Shown here: piece by piece, positions 43,278 to 52,344 of the stretch
Layout of the letters: each line of letters begins with the position of its first letter
Numbering within the stretch: the stretch's first letter is position 1
Origin: an uncultured Anaerolineaceae bacterium
GTDB taxonomy: Bacteria > Chloroflexota > Anaerolineae > Anaerolineales > DRMV01
NCBI GenBank assembly: GCA_964446575.1
Contig: CAYUOX010000052.1
Span: 180 to 64,179, forward strand
DNA: 64,000 nt
Reading direction: 5' to 3'
Made by a program: the position numbers and the translations under genes
The notes under the pieces: model-generated
The model's input: the letters and a program-made list of their open reading frames with translations, nothing else
What the model was told of the DNA's origin: nothing
The model's database searches: none

Positions 43278-44294
43278 TCAACCTTCCTTGGCGTCCTCTC
43301 CCCGTCCCCCCGGGGTGCGCAGTTCGGTCAAATCTTGTGGCAGCCACTCTTCGGCCCCCGCCCCCATGCGGATCTCACCGGTGGGCTGCAGAATGGGCAA
43401 AGTGTCCACCTGAACGTCTTGGCAAGCCCGGCTCAGACGGCGCAGCAAGAAGCGGGTGGACAAGGGGTTGGTGTGGCCAAACACGATTTGCAGCGTGTCG
43501 GCCGGAATGCCTTTGCGGGCCAACCGATAGGCGGCCGTGTTGCGCAACGCTTGCGGCGTGAGAGATTTGCGCAGGCGCAAAATTTCGCCCCACGAGCGCA
43601 GCGATTGCCACAGGCTCTGGCGGCTGATGGGGCGCCCCAATTGGCTGAGGAACAGGCCGCGCTCGCCCCCTGTCGGATTGAACCGCTCGCGCAAGATCAA
43701 ATAGCGGCGCAGCGGCTCGCGCGCCGCCCGCACCGGGATCCACATCGACTTTTCGACCAGGTCAGGAATGCGTACCCGGCTGTGCTCCAGATTCACATCG
43801 TCCACTTGAAAGCGAATGAGCCATTCGCTGGGAAAGCCCCATTCCACGAACAGCGCGATGATGGCCAGGTCGCGAATGGCGCGCGGGGTGTTGACCTGCA
43901 CCAGGCTCTCCCAGATTTGGCGCAGTTCATCGCTGCTGAGGCACAAGATGTCTTGCGACTGGTGGGCCTTTTCTAAATATTCGGTCAGTTCGACGGTGCG
44001 CGGCACGAAGCCCTCGGTCATGTGCCCCGCGGACTGCAGATAACGCTGGAAACTGCGCAACGACGCCAAGCGGCGCATCAGGGTGCTGCGGCGATAACGT
44101 TGGGCCTGATCGGCCAAGTAGGCTTTGCATCGCTCAGGGGTCAAATCCGCGACCTCGGGTTCGCGCCCCAACTCGGCCTTGAGGAAGTCATAAAATTGCT
44201 GGATGTCTTCCAGATAACCGACCAGCGTCATCTGCCGGTATCCTTGGCGCTCTAAAAATGCCCGGAACTCGTCGATCAAACCTCGCAGTTGCAT
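43278..44294 (-). CDS. Tyrosine-recombinase (XerC/XerD)-like protein, apparently with degenerate active site
   Basis: The SAM-like N-domain 'LIDEFRAFLERQGYRQMTLVGYLEDIQQF' and the core fold are recognisable. Box II reads 'LTPQALRNTAAYRL...FGHTNPLSTRFLLRRL' in place of the usual HxLRH...GH...Y. Confidence 0.7.
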   Translation of the reverse strand: MQLRGLIDEFRAFLERQGYRQMTLVGYLEDIQQFYDFLKAELGREPEVADLTPERCKAYLADQAQRYRRSTLMRRLASLRSFQRYLQSAGHMTEGFVPRTVELTEYLEKAHQSQDILCLSSDELRQIWESLVQVNTPRAIRDLAIIALFVEWGFPSEWLIRFQVDDVNLEHSRVRIPDLVEKSMWIPVRAAREPLRRYLILRERFNPTGGERGLFLSQLGRPISRQSLWQSLRSWGEILRLRKSLTPQALRNTAAYRLARKGIPADTLQIVFGHTNPLSTRFLLRRLSRACQDVQVDTLPILQPTGEIRMGAGAEEWLPQDLTELRTPGGRGEDAKEG

Positions 44295-44393
44295 GGGAGT
44301 CCTCCATTGAAGGCCAACGGCCTTGAAATCCGTTCGCCTTGCCGTTGGGGAAGGCGAATTTTAAGGCAAAACAATAGGTTGGCGTGCATGTTT

Positions 44394-44422
44394 ATCATAC
44401 CAGCAAAGCCGAATGTTGTCAA
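44394..44422 (-). promoter_or_regulatory. Near-consensus promoter (TTGACA-17 nt-TATGAT) for the xer-like/PNP operon
   Basis: Minus strand has TTGACA (44422..44417), a 17-nt spacer, and TATGAT (44399..44394), in an AT-rich intergenic segment. Confidence 0.6.
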
Positions 44423-44457
44423 TAAATATACAACCCAATGCTTGTGTGTAAGGTGTG

Positions 44458-45411
44458 CTACGAGGCCGACCGACTTCGGCGCAGGTGCTCCAAAACGGCT
44501 TGCAGTTCGGGCGGAAGGGGGGCCTCGAATGTGCGCGGCGTGGGTTCGCCGGGCAGGCGTAGGGTCAAGCGATGCGCGTGCAAAAAATGGCGTTCCAGGG
44601 GCAGGCGGCCTTTGTGGCGCGGGGCATAAAGGGCATCGCCCGCGATGGGCGTGCCTAAGAACGCCGCGTGCACCCGAATTTGATGCGTGCGCCCCGTAAT
44701 CGGCCGAAAGCGCACCAGCGCGTAGCCCGGAAACCGCTCCAGCACTTCAAATTCGGTGTAGGCCTCGCGGCCTCGACCTGGGGTGGTCACGCGCATGCGC
44801 TGACGATGCGCGGGGTCGCGTTCGATGGGCGCTTCGATGCGCCCGCGCCCGGCCGGCGGATGTCCGATGACCAGTCCTATGTACTCCTTGCGCACTTGGC
44901 GCGCCCGAAATTGGTCTTGCAAGAATTGGTGCGCGGCGTCGTTCTTGGCTAAAATCAGCACGCCCGAGGTATCCTTGTCCAGCCGATGGACCAAGCCAGG
45001 GCGCAACACGCCGCCGACTCCGGCCATGTCGGGCGCGTGAGCCAATGCCGCGTGCACCAGCGTGCCGCGGTCGTGGCCCGGCGAGGGGTGCACGACCATG
45101 CCTGCGGGCTTGTCCACCACCAGCACATCTTCGTTTTCGAACAGCACCCGCAGCGGGATGGGTTCGGGCTCAATGGTGGCCGGTTGCGGGGGCGGCACGC
45201 GCACCACGACCGTTGCCGCGCGATCCAGCCAGTAGCCGGGTTTGGTGATCACACGGCCGTCCACCGTCACCCGCCCTTCGCGAATCCAGTTCTGAACACG
45301 GGCGCGTGAATATGTGCCCTGGAGGGCTTGGACGAGGAAGCGATCCAGCCGTTGGCGTGGCTGTTGGGCCGTTGGTCGAAACGCGAAGGCGCGCGTCTGC
45401 GATTCGTTCAT
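44458..45411 (-). CDS. rluD: RluA-family 23S rRNA pseudouridine synthase (RluD-like)
   Basis: S4 domain 'RLDRFLVQAL...RVQNWIREGRVTVDG' and catalytic motif 'HRLDKDTSGVLILAKN'. Confidence 0.9.
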   Translation of the reverse strand: MNESQTRAFAFRPTAQQPRQRLDRFLVQALQGTYSRARVQNWIREGRVTVDGRVITKPGYWLDRAATVVVRVPPPQPATIEPEPIPLRVLFENEDVLVVDKPAGMVVHPSPGHDRGTLVHAALAHAPDMAGVGGVLRPGLVHRLDKDTSGVLILAKNDAAHQFLQDQFRARQVRKEYIGLVIGHPPAGRGRIEAPIERDPAHRQRMRVTTPGRGREAYTEFEVLERFPGYALVRFRPITGRTHQIRVHAAFLGTPIAGDALYAPRHKGRLPLERHFLHAHRLTLRLPGEPTPRTFEAPLPPELQAVLEHLRRSRSAS

Positions 45412-46046
45412 GGCCGCTCACCCGCAGGGGGCCGGGGTGGTTGGGCATCGGCCTCGGACCCCGCGGCCGGCGCCGCGGATTGGGACGCGGCTACGGTCGT
45501 GGAGTCTTCGGGCGTTTCGTCGAGCAGGGTGCTCCACAGCAGGCAGACGACGCCCAAGGTGATGGCGACATCGGCCAAGTTGAACACCGGGAAGCGTGCC
45601 ACCGCGATGAAATCGGTGACCGAGCCATGCATGACTCGATCCCACAGGTTGCCCAGCGCGCCGCCGACTTGCAAGGCCAAGCCCCAGCGCAGGCAGCGCG
45701 CTTCCAGGGCCGCGTGGCGAAAGTGCCACACCACGAACGCGATGACGAACACCGCCACCCATAGCAGCATGTCGTTGGCGCCTTGGTAGAGGCCAAAGGC
45801 CGCACCGGTGTTGCGCCAGTGGACGATGCGAATCCATTGCCGCCACGGCGCGGGCCAAGGAGCCCAAATCTGTGCGAAGGGCAAGTACGCGCGCACCAGG
45901 GCTTTGGTCCACTGATCCAGCAGCGCGACGGCCAGGCCAACGCTGATGAGCAGGCGGTAGCGAACCCACAGGCTGGGCCGCGCCGCGGTTGCGGTTGAGG
46001 ATTTGTCCTCTGGGGCAGGGGCGGAGTTCGCGGACGATAGGCTCAT
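45408..46046 (-). CDS. lspA: Lipoprotein signal peptidase (signal peptidase II)
   Basis: 'LLDQWTKALV', 'WRNTGAAFG' and 'VTDFIAV...FPVFNLADVAITLG' motifs. AGGAGG lies 8 nt upstream of the ATG at 46046. ATGA overlap with rluD. Confidence 0.88.
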   Translation of the reverse strand: MSLSSANSAPAPEDKSSTATAARPSLWVRYRLLISVGLAVALLDQWTKALVRAYLPFAQIWAPWPAPWRQWIRIVHWRNTGAAFGLYQGANDMLLWVAVFVIAFVVWHFRHAALEARCLRWGLALQVGGALGNLWDRVMHGSVTDFIAVARFPVFNLADVAITLGVVCLLWSTLLDETPEDSTTVAASQSAAPAAGSEADAQPPRPPAGERP

Positions 46047-46090
46047 GTGCATCGCCTCCTGGCTCGTGGGATTGGGGCGTACCGGCGCGT

Positions 46091-46558
46091 TCACCCACGC
46101 CAAAGCGCCGCCGGGGGCGGACACGGCCCGAGGAGGCCCACGCCGTGGGTAGGGCAACCGTGGCGGCAGTCGCTGGCCCCGAAGCCAGGCTGGGGCACAA
46201 AGGCGCCCGGAAGGGCAAGCCAGGCTTGGGCCCACTGGCACTCCCACGGCCGTGGGGTGGGTGAGGGCGCGAGGGTCCAGCCCCAAGCCACGGGATGGGC
46301 CAGGGCCCGCAGCGCGTCGATGTGCCATGGCCCCTGGCCATGGCCGCGCAGATGACGCCCCAACCGGGCTCGAATGCCGCCAGGCCCCCGGGCTTGGCCC
46401 GCGTAGACGTACAGCCCCGCGGGCCAGATTCGATGAGGCCCTGGCCCTGCGCGCACCCGAGCGGGTTGTGTCAGGCACAGGGCCAACCAGTACGCGCCCG
46501 GCCGGGCCGGTAGGCCTTCCACCCAAAACTCGGCGTGCGCCTGAGGGCCCAAGTTCAT
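46091..46558 (-). CDS. DUF123 (GIY-YIG-like) domain protein
   Basis: 'GAYWLAL...PAGLYVYAGQARGPGGIRARLGRHLR....PWHIDAL' matches the DUF123 pattern (YxYVGSA...RxxRH...HWHIDYL). ATGA overlap with the permease stop. Confidence 0.65.
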   Translation of the reverse strand: MNLGPQAHAEFWVEGLPARPGAYWLALCLTQPARVRAGPGPHRIWPAGLYVYAGQARGPGGIRARLGRHLRGHGQGPWHIDALRALAHPVAWGWTLAPSPTPRPWECQWAQAWLALPGAFVPQPGFGASDCRHGCPTHGVGLLGPCPPPAALWRG

Positions 46559-47988
46559 GTTTGAGGCGCGTCCTGGCGACTGCGAATGTAGCCGTAATAC
46601 AGCACCACCCCGAACAGGGTCCAAAGGATGGTCGCGTACCACGCCAAGGGGCTGGCCTCGAACAGGTGTCCGGCCAAGAAGCCCTGAATGACGACGGTGG
46701 CGATGGGCAGATAGGGCACCAGCGGGACGCGGAACGCGCGCGGCAAGTCGGGGTGGGTCTTGCGCAGTCGGATGAGGGTGATGTTGGTGAGCAAGAAGAG
46801 CACTAAGAAGGTCAACGACGCGCCGCCCGCGACATCAGCCACCGGCAGGGCCACGCCCATGAAGGCAATGAGCAGGCCGCTCATCAAGATGGCCCAGTGC
46901 GGGGTGCGGGTGCGCGGGTGTACTTCGCCGAAAAAGGCCGGCAGATCACGGCCGCGGCCCATGGCGAACGACACGCGCGAACTGGAGTACACCGTCGCGT
47001 TGAGCGCAGAAGTGGTCGACGCCAGGCCACCGATGAGCATGAGTACCCGACCGTAGGGCATGATGAATTCCGCGATGCGCACCATGCCGCGCTCGCCGTG
47101 CTCGGCCAGGTATTGCCACGGCTGCATGCCCAAAATCTCTTGCACCGGCACGCCCACGGCCACGAAGGCCACAATGAGATAGATGGCCACCACAATGCCA
47201 ATGGACAAGAAGATGGCGCGTGGCAGGTTGCGCTCGGGCTCATAAAGTTCTTCGCCCGTCTGCGCGATGATTTCATAGCCTTCGAAGGCCACGAAGGTCA
47301 ACCCCATGGCCGCAAACACACCGGCCCATCCGTTTGGCAAGGCCGGCCGAAAGTTTTCCCAGACCAGCGCAGCGTCGGGCGCGTTGAGCATGGCTTTGAT
47401 GCCAAAACCCGAGATGGTCAGCAACACCGCGACTTTAGTAATGGTCACAATGTTGCCCACCAGGCCCGTTTCCGACGCGCCGCGGTAGTTGATGAACAAG
47501 AACAACGCCACAACCAAGACCACCAAGCCTTTGATGAGCCATTGCTCGACACTCAACCCCAGCCAGGCTGGTTCGCGGCTGATGTGCACGCCCGCGAGTT
47601 CCATCAACTCCACGAAGAAAGTGGCAAACAGGACCGCGTACAGACTGCACGCCACCGAATGGCTGAACCACGAAATCCAGCCCGAGAAGAAGCCCCAAAA
47701 GCGCGACAGACCTTCGCGCACCCAGAGGTAGCCACCGCCGGCTTCGGGCATCGCCGCGCCCAGTTCGGCATAGGTGAGCCCGGTCAGGCTGGTGACAATG
47801 CCGTTGAGCAGAAAGGCCAACAGCAACCCCACTGGGCCCGCTTTGCCGGCCGCGATGCCGGTCAGACCGAAGATGCCCGCGCCGATCATGGCGCCCACGC
47901 CGATCATGGTGGCCTCCAGCAGGCCCAGACTGCGCTTGAGGCTGTGCGCCTCGTCATAGTGGTGTCGCAAATCGGTTGAAGCGCTCAT
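46555..47988 (-). CDS. APC-superfamily amino acid permease
   Basis: 'LKRSLGLLEATMIGVGAMIGAGIFGLTG' N-terminal signature, 12 TM helices, 477 aa. Confidence 0.88.
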   Translation of the reverse strand: MSASTDLRHHYDEAHSLKRSLGLLEATMIGVGAMIGAGIFGLTGIAAGKAGPVGLLLAFLLNGIVTSLTGLTYAELGAAMPEAGGGYLWVREGLSRFWGFFSGWISWFSHSVACSLYAVLFATFFVELMELAGVHISREPAWLGLSVEQWLIKGLVVLVVALFLFINYRGASETGLVGNIVTITKVAVLLTISGFGIKAMLNAPDAALVWENFRPALPNGWAGVFAAMGLTFVAFEGYEIIAQTGEELYEPERNLPRAIFLSIGIVVAIYLIVAFVAVGVPVQEILGMQPWQYLAEHGERGMVRIAEFIMPYGRVLMLIGGLASTTSALNATVYSSSRVSFAMGRGRDLPAFFGEVHPRTRTPHWAILMSGLLIAFMGVALPVADVAGGASLTFLVLFLLTNITLIRLRKTHPDLPRAFRVPLVPYLPIATVVIQGFLAGHLFEASPLAWYATILWTLFGVVLYYGYIRSRQDAPQT

Positions 47989-48019
47989 CGTCCTTGACTC
48001 CGTGGGAGAAGCGACACGG

Positions 48020-48058
48020 CCAAAAAGAACCGGTTCCACCCGGAACCGGCCTTTTGGT
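48020..48058 (-). terminator. Intrinsic terminator/attenuator hairpin in the permease 5' leader
   Basis: The minus strand reads CCAAAAGG-CCGGTTCC-GGGT-GGAACCGG-TTCTTTTTGG. It lies between the predicted promoter (48109-48137) and the ATG (47988). Confidence 0.6.
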
Positions 48059-48108
48059 CGACCACGATGCCGTTCGGCCCCTGGGAGCGGGGCACGCCAC
48101 GCGGCGCC

Positions 48109-48137
48109 AGTATAGCACAAACCCGCGGCGTTGTGAA
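48109..48137 (-). promoter_or_regulatory. Promoter (TTCACA-17 nt-TGcTATACT) for the permease operon
   Basis: Minus strand has TTCACA (48137..48132), a 17-nt spacer ending in TGC, and TATACT (48114..48109). Confidence 0.55.
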
Positions 48138-48362
48138 GATATATCGCGCGCGGGCCGCCGACTGGGTTCGGAGCCGCGCGCGACCGCCCACGGAGGCCGA
48201 GGCCGTGGGCCCGCGGGCGCCAACGCGCGGGCTGGCGTATTGCCATTGCCAGCGCACGCGCGCCTGTTGGCCTTGAACGGGTAGGGCCAATGTCGCTTGA
48301 CCACGGCCTTGGTCCGGACAAGCCACTTGGCCCGACTTGACGCGTCCGGTGGCCCCCCTACA

Positions 48363-48830
48363 TTACTTGAAATGCACCTCGAACACGCATTCCTCCGCGC
48401 CGGTGGCCGCGCACGTCACCTCGCGCACTTCGACCTCACGGCCCAAAGCGACGTGCAAAAATCCGGCCCAATAACCTGCGATAGGGTGGCAGACAGGCTT
48501 CTTGCTGCGGATGTTCGTCGCCAGTACCGACTCCCGCACATACAGGGTCCAAGGTCCATCCCCTCGCACCAGCCGCGCTTGCCCCCAGCGCGAGAGGTTA
48601 AACGCCAGCACCAGGGCCTCGAGCAGTTGCTCGCCCTCCAAATGCAGGCGCTGGGCCAAGAGCCGCGCGCCTTGTTGCCCGCCCGTCTTGCCCGCGCGGT
48701 ACAACAACGCGCCCAGCCCAAACCCCATCATTTTGCGCACCGACTCGTACAGGGCCACAATCCCTTGCTTATCGATTAAAACCGACTCAGCCAGTACGGC
48801 CTCGGTCACGCGTTGGGGATCAATACTCAT
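48363..48830 (-). CDS. V4R (4-vinyl reductase) domain protein
   Basis: The C-terminal 'CHPIAGYWAGFL...EVREVTCAATGAEECVFEV' Cys pattern is typical of V4R. AGGAGG lies 6 nt upstream of the ATG at 48830. Confidence 0.7.
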   Translation of the reverse strand: MSIDPQRVTEAVLAESVLIDKQGIVALYESVRKMMGFGLGALLYRAGKTGGQQGARLLAQRLHLEGEQLLEALVLAFNLSRWGQARLVRGDGPWTLYVRESVLATNIRSKKPVCHPIAGYWAGFLHVALGREVEVREVTCAATGAEECVFEVHFK

Positions 48831-48948
48831 GGGCAACCTCCTATGCGCATTGGCGCGTTTTTAGCATAGCAAATTTTTCTTCACTTGAGAAGAGGACGGG
48901 CTCCGGGCGTGCTATACTGCCTTTCATCACCCAGGGCAGGAGGTGGCC

Positions 48949-49821
48949 ATGTTTCCTCATTGGCGGCCGGTCTGGCTGGTGGTGCTGTGGGGGGTGGGGT
49001 GGTTGGGGGGATGCGCTCCGCTTGGGCCCGCGCGCGCCGCGACCAGGACGGCGGCTCCCCCACCGCAGCCGACGCGCACGGCCCCGGCCATGGCGTCATC
49101 GCCCGCGTCGTGGTGGCGTCCCGCGCCGGGCTTGCGTTGGCAATGGCAACTCACCGGCCCCATCGACCTGGACGTGCCCGTCGAGGTCATGGACATCGAC
49201 CTGGATGTGCCCGCGACCGTGGTGGATGCGCTTCATCGCCGCGGGGTGCGGGTGATCTGCTACATTAGCGTGGGCTCATACGAAGATTGGCGCGCGGACG
49301 CGGCGCGCTTTCCGGCGGAGGTGCTGGGCAACGCGTATGAGGGGTGGCCGGGCGAGCGTTGGCTGGACATCCGTCGGTTGGATGTGCTGGCCCCCATCCT
49401 GCGCGCGCGCCTGGACCGCTGTGCGGCCAAGGGCTTTGATGGGGTGGAGCCTGACAACCTCATGGTGTATCCCGAGGACACGGGCTTTGCCATTACCTAT
49501 GCTGACAACATCGCGTACGCACGTTGGCTGGCCGCCGAGGCCCACGCGCGGGGTTTGGCCATTGGCCTGAAGAACGGGCCCGACATGGTCACGGACCTGG
49601 TGGAGGAATATGACTTTGCCATAGTCGAAGAGGCCTTTGACCAGGGCTTTGCCGAGGCGTTCGTGCCCTTTGTCGCGCGCGGCAAAGCCGTCTTCGCGGC
49701 GGAATACACCGACACCGCGGTCGACTGGCCGCGTGCGTGTGCGCGAGCGCGGCAATTGGGCTTCAGCCTCATCCTCAAACACCGTGACCTGGACGCTTGG
49801 GTGCGGTTTTGTGGGGAGTAG
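48949..49821 (+). CDS. GH114-family endo-alpha-1,4-polygalactosaminidase-like lipoprotein
   Basis: Lipobox 'WLGGC'. 'WQWQLTGPID...DIDLD...GVRVICYISVGSYEDWRAD...GFDGVEPDN' motifs. AGGAGG RBS. Confidence 0.8.
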   Translation: MFPHWRPVWLVVLWGVGWLGGCAPLGPARAATRTAAPPPQPTRTAPAMASSPASWWRPAPGLRWQWQLTGPIDLDVPVEVMDIDLDVPATVVDALHRRGVRVICYISVGSYEDWRADAARFPAEVLGNAYEGWPGERWLDIRRLDVLAPILRARLDRCAAKGFDGVEPDNLMVYPEDTGFAITYADNIAYARWLAAEAHARGLAIGLKNGPDMVTDLVEEYDFAIVEEAFDQGFAEAFVPFVARGKAVFAAEYTDTAVDWPRACARARQLGFSLILKHRDLDAWVRFCGE

Positions 49822-49942
49822 GGGCGTATAGCCATTTGGAGCCTTAAAGTCCAAAACAAGGCATCGCCGTATGGGCGCGTTTTTCCGCTTTCGTTGCCCT
49901 GCACCGCGCCTCGGCTGGGTTTGACACGCCCTTGGCTACGCA

Positions 49943-52321
49943 TCAAAGGATCCACCCCGCGACGATGGGGTGTTTCCCCTCGGCCACGGGCGCGCCTCGC
50001 CCGCGGCGGCTTTGCCAGGGGGCTTCGTCCGCGCGGATGCGTTTGGCCGCGCCGCGGGCAAAGTACAGGGTTACCCGGGTGGCATCGCGCGGGCTGCGCT
50101 TCACCCGCAGCCCCGCGACCAACTGCGCGCCCTTGGGCAGTGGCCAGGCCACCACCCCCGCGCCGTGCCGCCGCTGCTTGGGAAAGTCTTCCCACGCGAC
50201 CCGCTTGGCCCGACCCGCGGATGAGAGGAGCAGCAGCCCGTGTTTCGCGACTGTGTCGGTCGCCGCGGCCGCGACCACTTGGTCCCCTGCCGCAATCTTG
50301 ATGCCCCGCACGCCGCCAGCGCCCAGCCCTTGGGCCCGAACTTCGGCCAAGTCGAAGCGAATGCCCATGCCCCCGCGGGAGAGGAGCAGCACTTCGCCCG
50401 CGGGCGGCACGGCCAAGGCCGCCACCAGACGGTCGCGCGCCGGCACCCGGGCCAGCAAAAAGGGCTCACCGCCCGGGCCGGGGAGGGCATCCCAGGTGGT
50501 CTTCTTGACCTGCCCACCGGCGCTTACGGTGAGCACCCCTGCCTTGTCGTCGGCTTGGCTTGGGATGGCGAGCAAGCCAACCAGAGGCCGGGCTTGTCCT
50601 CGGTGCCAGCCTACCCCCTGGGCTGGGTCTTCGACTTCCGGCAGGCTACCCACTGCCAGCACGGCCGCAGACCCATCTTCCCCCACCGCCAACAGCGCGC
50701 CGCCCCGGGGCACCTGCACGGCCCAGCGCACGGCCCCTCGGCCCCAGGTCTTGGGTTTGACCCCGGCGGGCAGACGCGCCAGCCGGCCCGCGGCGTCGGC
50801 CACCACCCAAACCGGGCCGGTGGCTTGGGCTTGGCTCCCCAGGCGCGTGCGCCGTGGATCGCCGTAGCGGGCTTTGAGTTCGCGCAGTTCCGCGGCTACG
50901 GCTTGGCGCAGGGCCGCGGGTGAGGCCAGCAATTTTTCCAATTCGCGAATGCGCTTCTTGACGGTCCGGTGCTCGTCTTCCAACTTTTTGCGCTCTAACG
51001 CGGCTAAGCGCCGGAGCGGCATGTCCAGAATGGCCTGCGCTTGGGCTTCGCTGAACTTGAAACGCTTGCGCAGGTTGGCGCGCGCGGTGTCGACGCGGCG
51101 TGAGCGGCGAATGATGGCGATGACCTCGTCCAGGTGCTGCAAGGCCCGCAGCAACCCTTCGAGGATGTGCTGGCGTTGCCGAAGTTGGGCAAGTTCGTGC
51201 TCGCTGCGCCGGCGGACGACCTCCAGCCGGTGCTCCAAATAGACCCGCAGCAGTTGCTTGAGCGACAACACCCGGGGCGTGGCGTCCACCAGGGCCAGCA
51301 GGATGATGCTGTAGGTGATTTCCAGCGCGGTGTGCCGAAAGACCTCGTCCAATACGGCTTGGGGATCCGCGCCTTTGGCCAGCACCAGCACGACCCGCAT
51401 CCCGCGGCGGTCTGACTCGTCGCGCAGGTCGGCCAGGCCGTGCAGTTTGCCGTTGCGCACCAAAGCGGCCACTTGTTCGATCCAACGGGCTTTGTTGACG
51501 GTGTAAGGCAGTTCGGTGACCACCCACTGTTGGCGGCCACGGCCGGGGGTCTCCAAATGCACACGTCCGCGCACCCGAATGCGGCCCCGGCCGGTGCTGT
51601 AGGCGGCTCGCAAGCCATCGTCGCCTTGCGAATCCGCGACGATTTCGCCGCCGGTGGGAAAATCGGGTCCTGGAATGAAGCGCATCAGGTCGGCCAGCCC
51701 GACCTCGTCCAGCCGCTGCCAGTGCTCCAACATGTAGACCAGCGCGTCCACCACCTCGCCCAAGTTGTGCGGCGGGATGTTGGTGGCCATGCCTACCGCG
51801 ATGCCCGTTGAGCCGTTGACCAGCAAATTGGGCAGCGCGGCTGGCAGCACGGTGGGCTCGTCCAGGCTGCCATCGAAGTTGGGGGCCCATTCGACAGTGG
51901 CTTTGCCCAGATCGCGCAGCAGTTCCAACGCAATAGGTGCGAGCCGTGCCTCGGTATAACGCATGGCCGCGGGCGGGTCCCCGTCCACCGAGCCGAAGTT
52001 GCCTTGCCCATCGACCAAGGGGTAACGCATGGAGAACGGCTGCGCCATGCGGGCCAGGGCCTCATACACGGCTTGGTCGCCGTGAGGATGATATTTGCCC
52101 AGTACCTCGCCCACGATGCGCGCGCTCTTGCGATGAGGCTTGTCAGGCGTCAGGCCCATTTGTTGCATGGCATACAGCAGCCGGCGTTGCACCGGCTTGA
52201 GGCCATCCCGGGCGTCGGGCAGGGCCCGGGCCACGATGACGCTCATGGCGTAATCCAAATAGGCCTGCTGCATTTCTTGAACGATGTCGATGGGGACCAC
52301 GCGGGAAGTGGTTGGGGGCAT
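49943..52321 (-). CDS. gyrA: DNA gyrase/topoisomerase IV subunit A (GyrA-like) with divergent C-terminal domain
   Basis: '[32 protein letters not shown]', '[18 protein letters not shown]' and '[10 protein letters not shown]' (catalytic Tyr). Product is 792 aa. Confidence 0.85.
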   Translation of the reverse strand: MPPTTSRVVPIDIVQEMQQAYLDYAMSVIVARALPDARDGLKPVQRRLLYAMQQMGLTPDKPHRKSARIVGEVLGKYHPHGDQAVYEALARMAQPFSMRYPLVDGQGNFGSVDGDPPAAMRYTEARLAPIALELLRDLGKATVEWAPNFDGSLDEPTVLPAALPNLLVNGSTGIAVGMATNIPPHNLGEVVDALVYMLEHWQRLDEVGLADLMRFIPGPDFPTGGEIVADSQGDDGLRAAYSTGRGRIRVRGRVHLETPGRGRQQWVVTELPYTVNKARWIEQVAALVRNGKLHGLADLRDESDRRGMRVVLVLAKGADPQAVLDEVFRHTALEITYSIILLALVDATPRVLSLKQLLRVYLEHRLEVVRRRSEHELAQLRQRQHILEGLLRALQHLDEVIAIIRRSRRVDTARANLRKRFKFSEAQAQAILDMPLRRLAALERKKLEDEHRTVKKRIRELEKLLASPAALRQAVAAELRELKARYGDPRRTRLGSQAQATGPVWVVADAAGRLARLPAGVKPKTWGRGAVRWAVQVPRGGALLAVGEDGSAAVLAVGSLPEVEDPAQGVGWHRGQARPLVGLLAIPSQADDKAGVLTVSAGGQVKKTTWDALPGPGGEPFLLARVPARDRLVAALAVPPAGEVLLLSRGGMGIRFDLAEVRAQGLGAGGVRGIKIAAGDQVVAAAATDTVAKHGLLLLSSAGRAKRVAWEDFPKQRRHGAGVVAWPLPKGAQLVAGLRVKRSPRDATRVTLYFARGAAKRIRADEAPWQSRRGRGAPVAEGKHPIVAGWIL

Positions 52322-52344
52322 GGGGTTCCCTCACGCAAAGGGTA

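Noticed and set aside
45408-46526. 372-aa version of the lspA ORF
   Set aside because: The N-terminal 160 aa are Arg/Pro/Gly-rich and overlap the DUF123 gene. The SD is positioned for the ATG at 46046.
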